Origin: a virus
Taxonomy: Duplodnaviria > Caudoviricetes
IMG/VR virus record: IMGVR_UViG_3300035135_001065
Location: 1 to 28,770 of that record
Length of the DNA stretch: 28,770 nucleotides
Direction: 5' to 3' (one strand)
Both the position numbers and the translations under genes were made by a program. This document shows, piece by piece, positions 28,713-28,770 of this stretch; positions within the stretch are counted from its first letter, which is position 1; each line of letters starts with the position of its first letter. The notes below the pieces were generated by a model, which saw nothing but the letters and a program-made list of their open reading frames with translations, made no database searches and was not told the origin of the DNA.

Positions 28713-28770
28713 ATGGCATCTCCAAACTCAAGAGCTGATCTCATAACATATTGTAAGAGACAGTTGGGTG
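28713..28770 (+). CDS. gp13: Neck protein gp13, 5' fragment (3'-truncated)
   Basis: Translates as MASPNSRADLITYCKRQLG, matching the P.SR..L..YC.R.LG N-terminus of T4-like gp13. Not in the ORF track because it runs off the window. Confidence 0.8.
   Translation, partial: MASPNSRADLITYCKRQLG

Noticed and set aside
1-28770. CRISPR arrays, tRNA/rRNA genes, introns, inteins, homing endonucleases, IS elements
   Set aside because: Intergenic gaps are all about 50 nt or less, and no such motifs were recognised in the translations.

Overview
AT-rich, all plus-strand, densely coding segment from the late virion-structural module of a T4-like marine myovirus, most likely a Synechococcus/Prochlorococcus cyanomyovirus (inferred from protein families, NATAAATA late promoters and the gp13 start at the right edge). 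Gene order: a 5'-truncated giant VrlC/DUF4815-type structural protein; a 68-aa coiled-coil protein; a 1802-aa fibre-like protein; a 166-aa structural protein; a 3032-aa fibre/spike-like protein; a six-gene cassette behind a perfect TATAAATA late promoter; a 63-aa coiled-coil protein; a terminator hairpin; and the start of neck protein gp13. The cassette encodes a beta-propeller protein, a fibre-chaperone-like protein, a coiled-coil protein, a peptidase-U32-like Fe-S/SAM-methyltransferase fusion and two 2OG-Fe(II) oxygenases. Main leads: (1) this apparent hydroxylate-and-methylate enzyme set embedded among fibre genes; (2) two phycobiliprotein-like helical repeats with the bilin-attachment-type C-x-R/E-D motif in the 3032-aa protein; (3) a cupredoxin-like His...CxxHxxM site in the 1802-aa protein. 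All family assignments come from motif recognition by eye; no searches were run.
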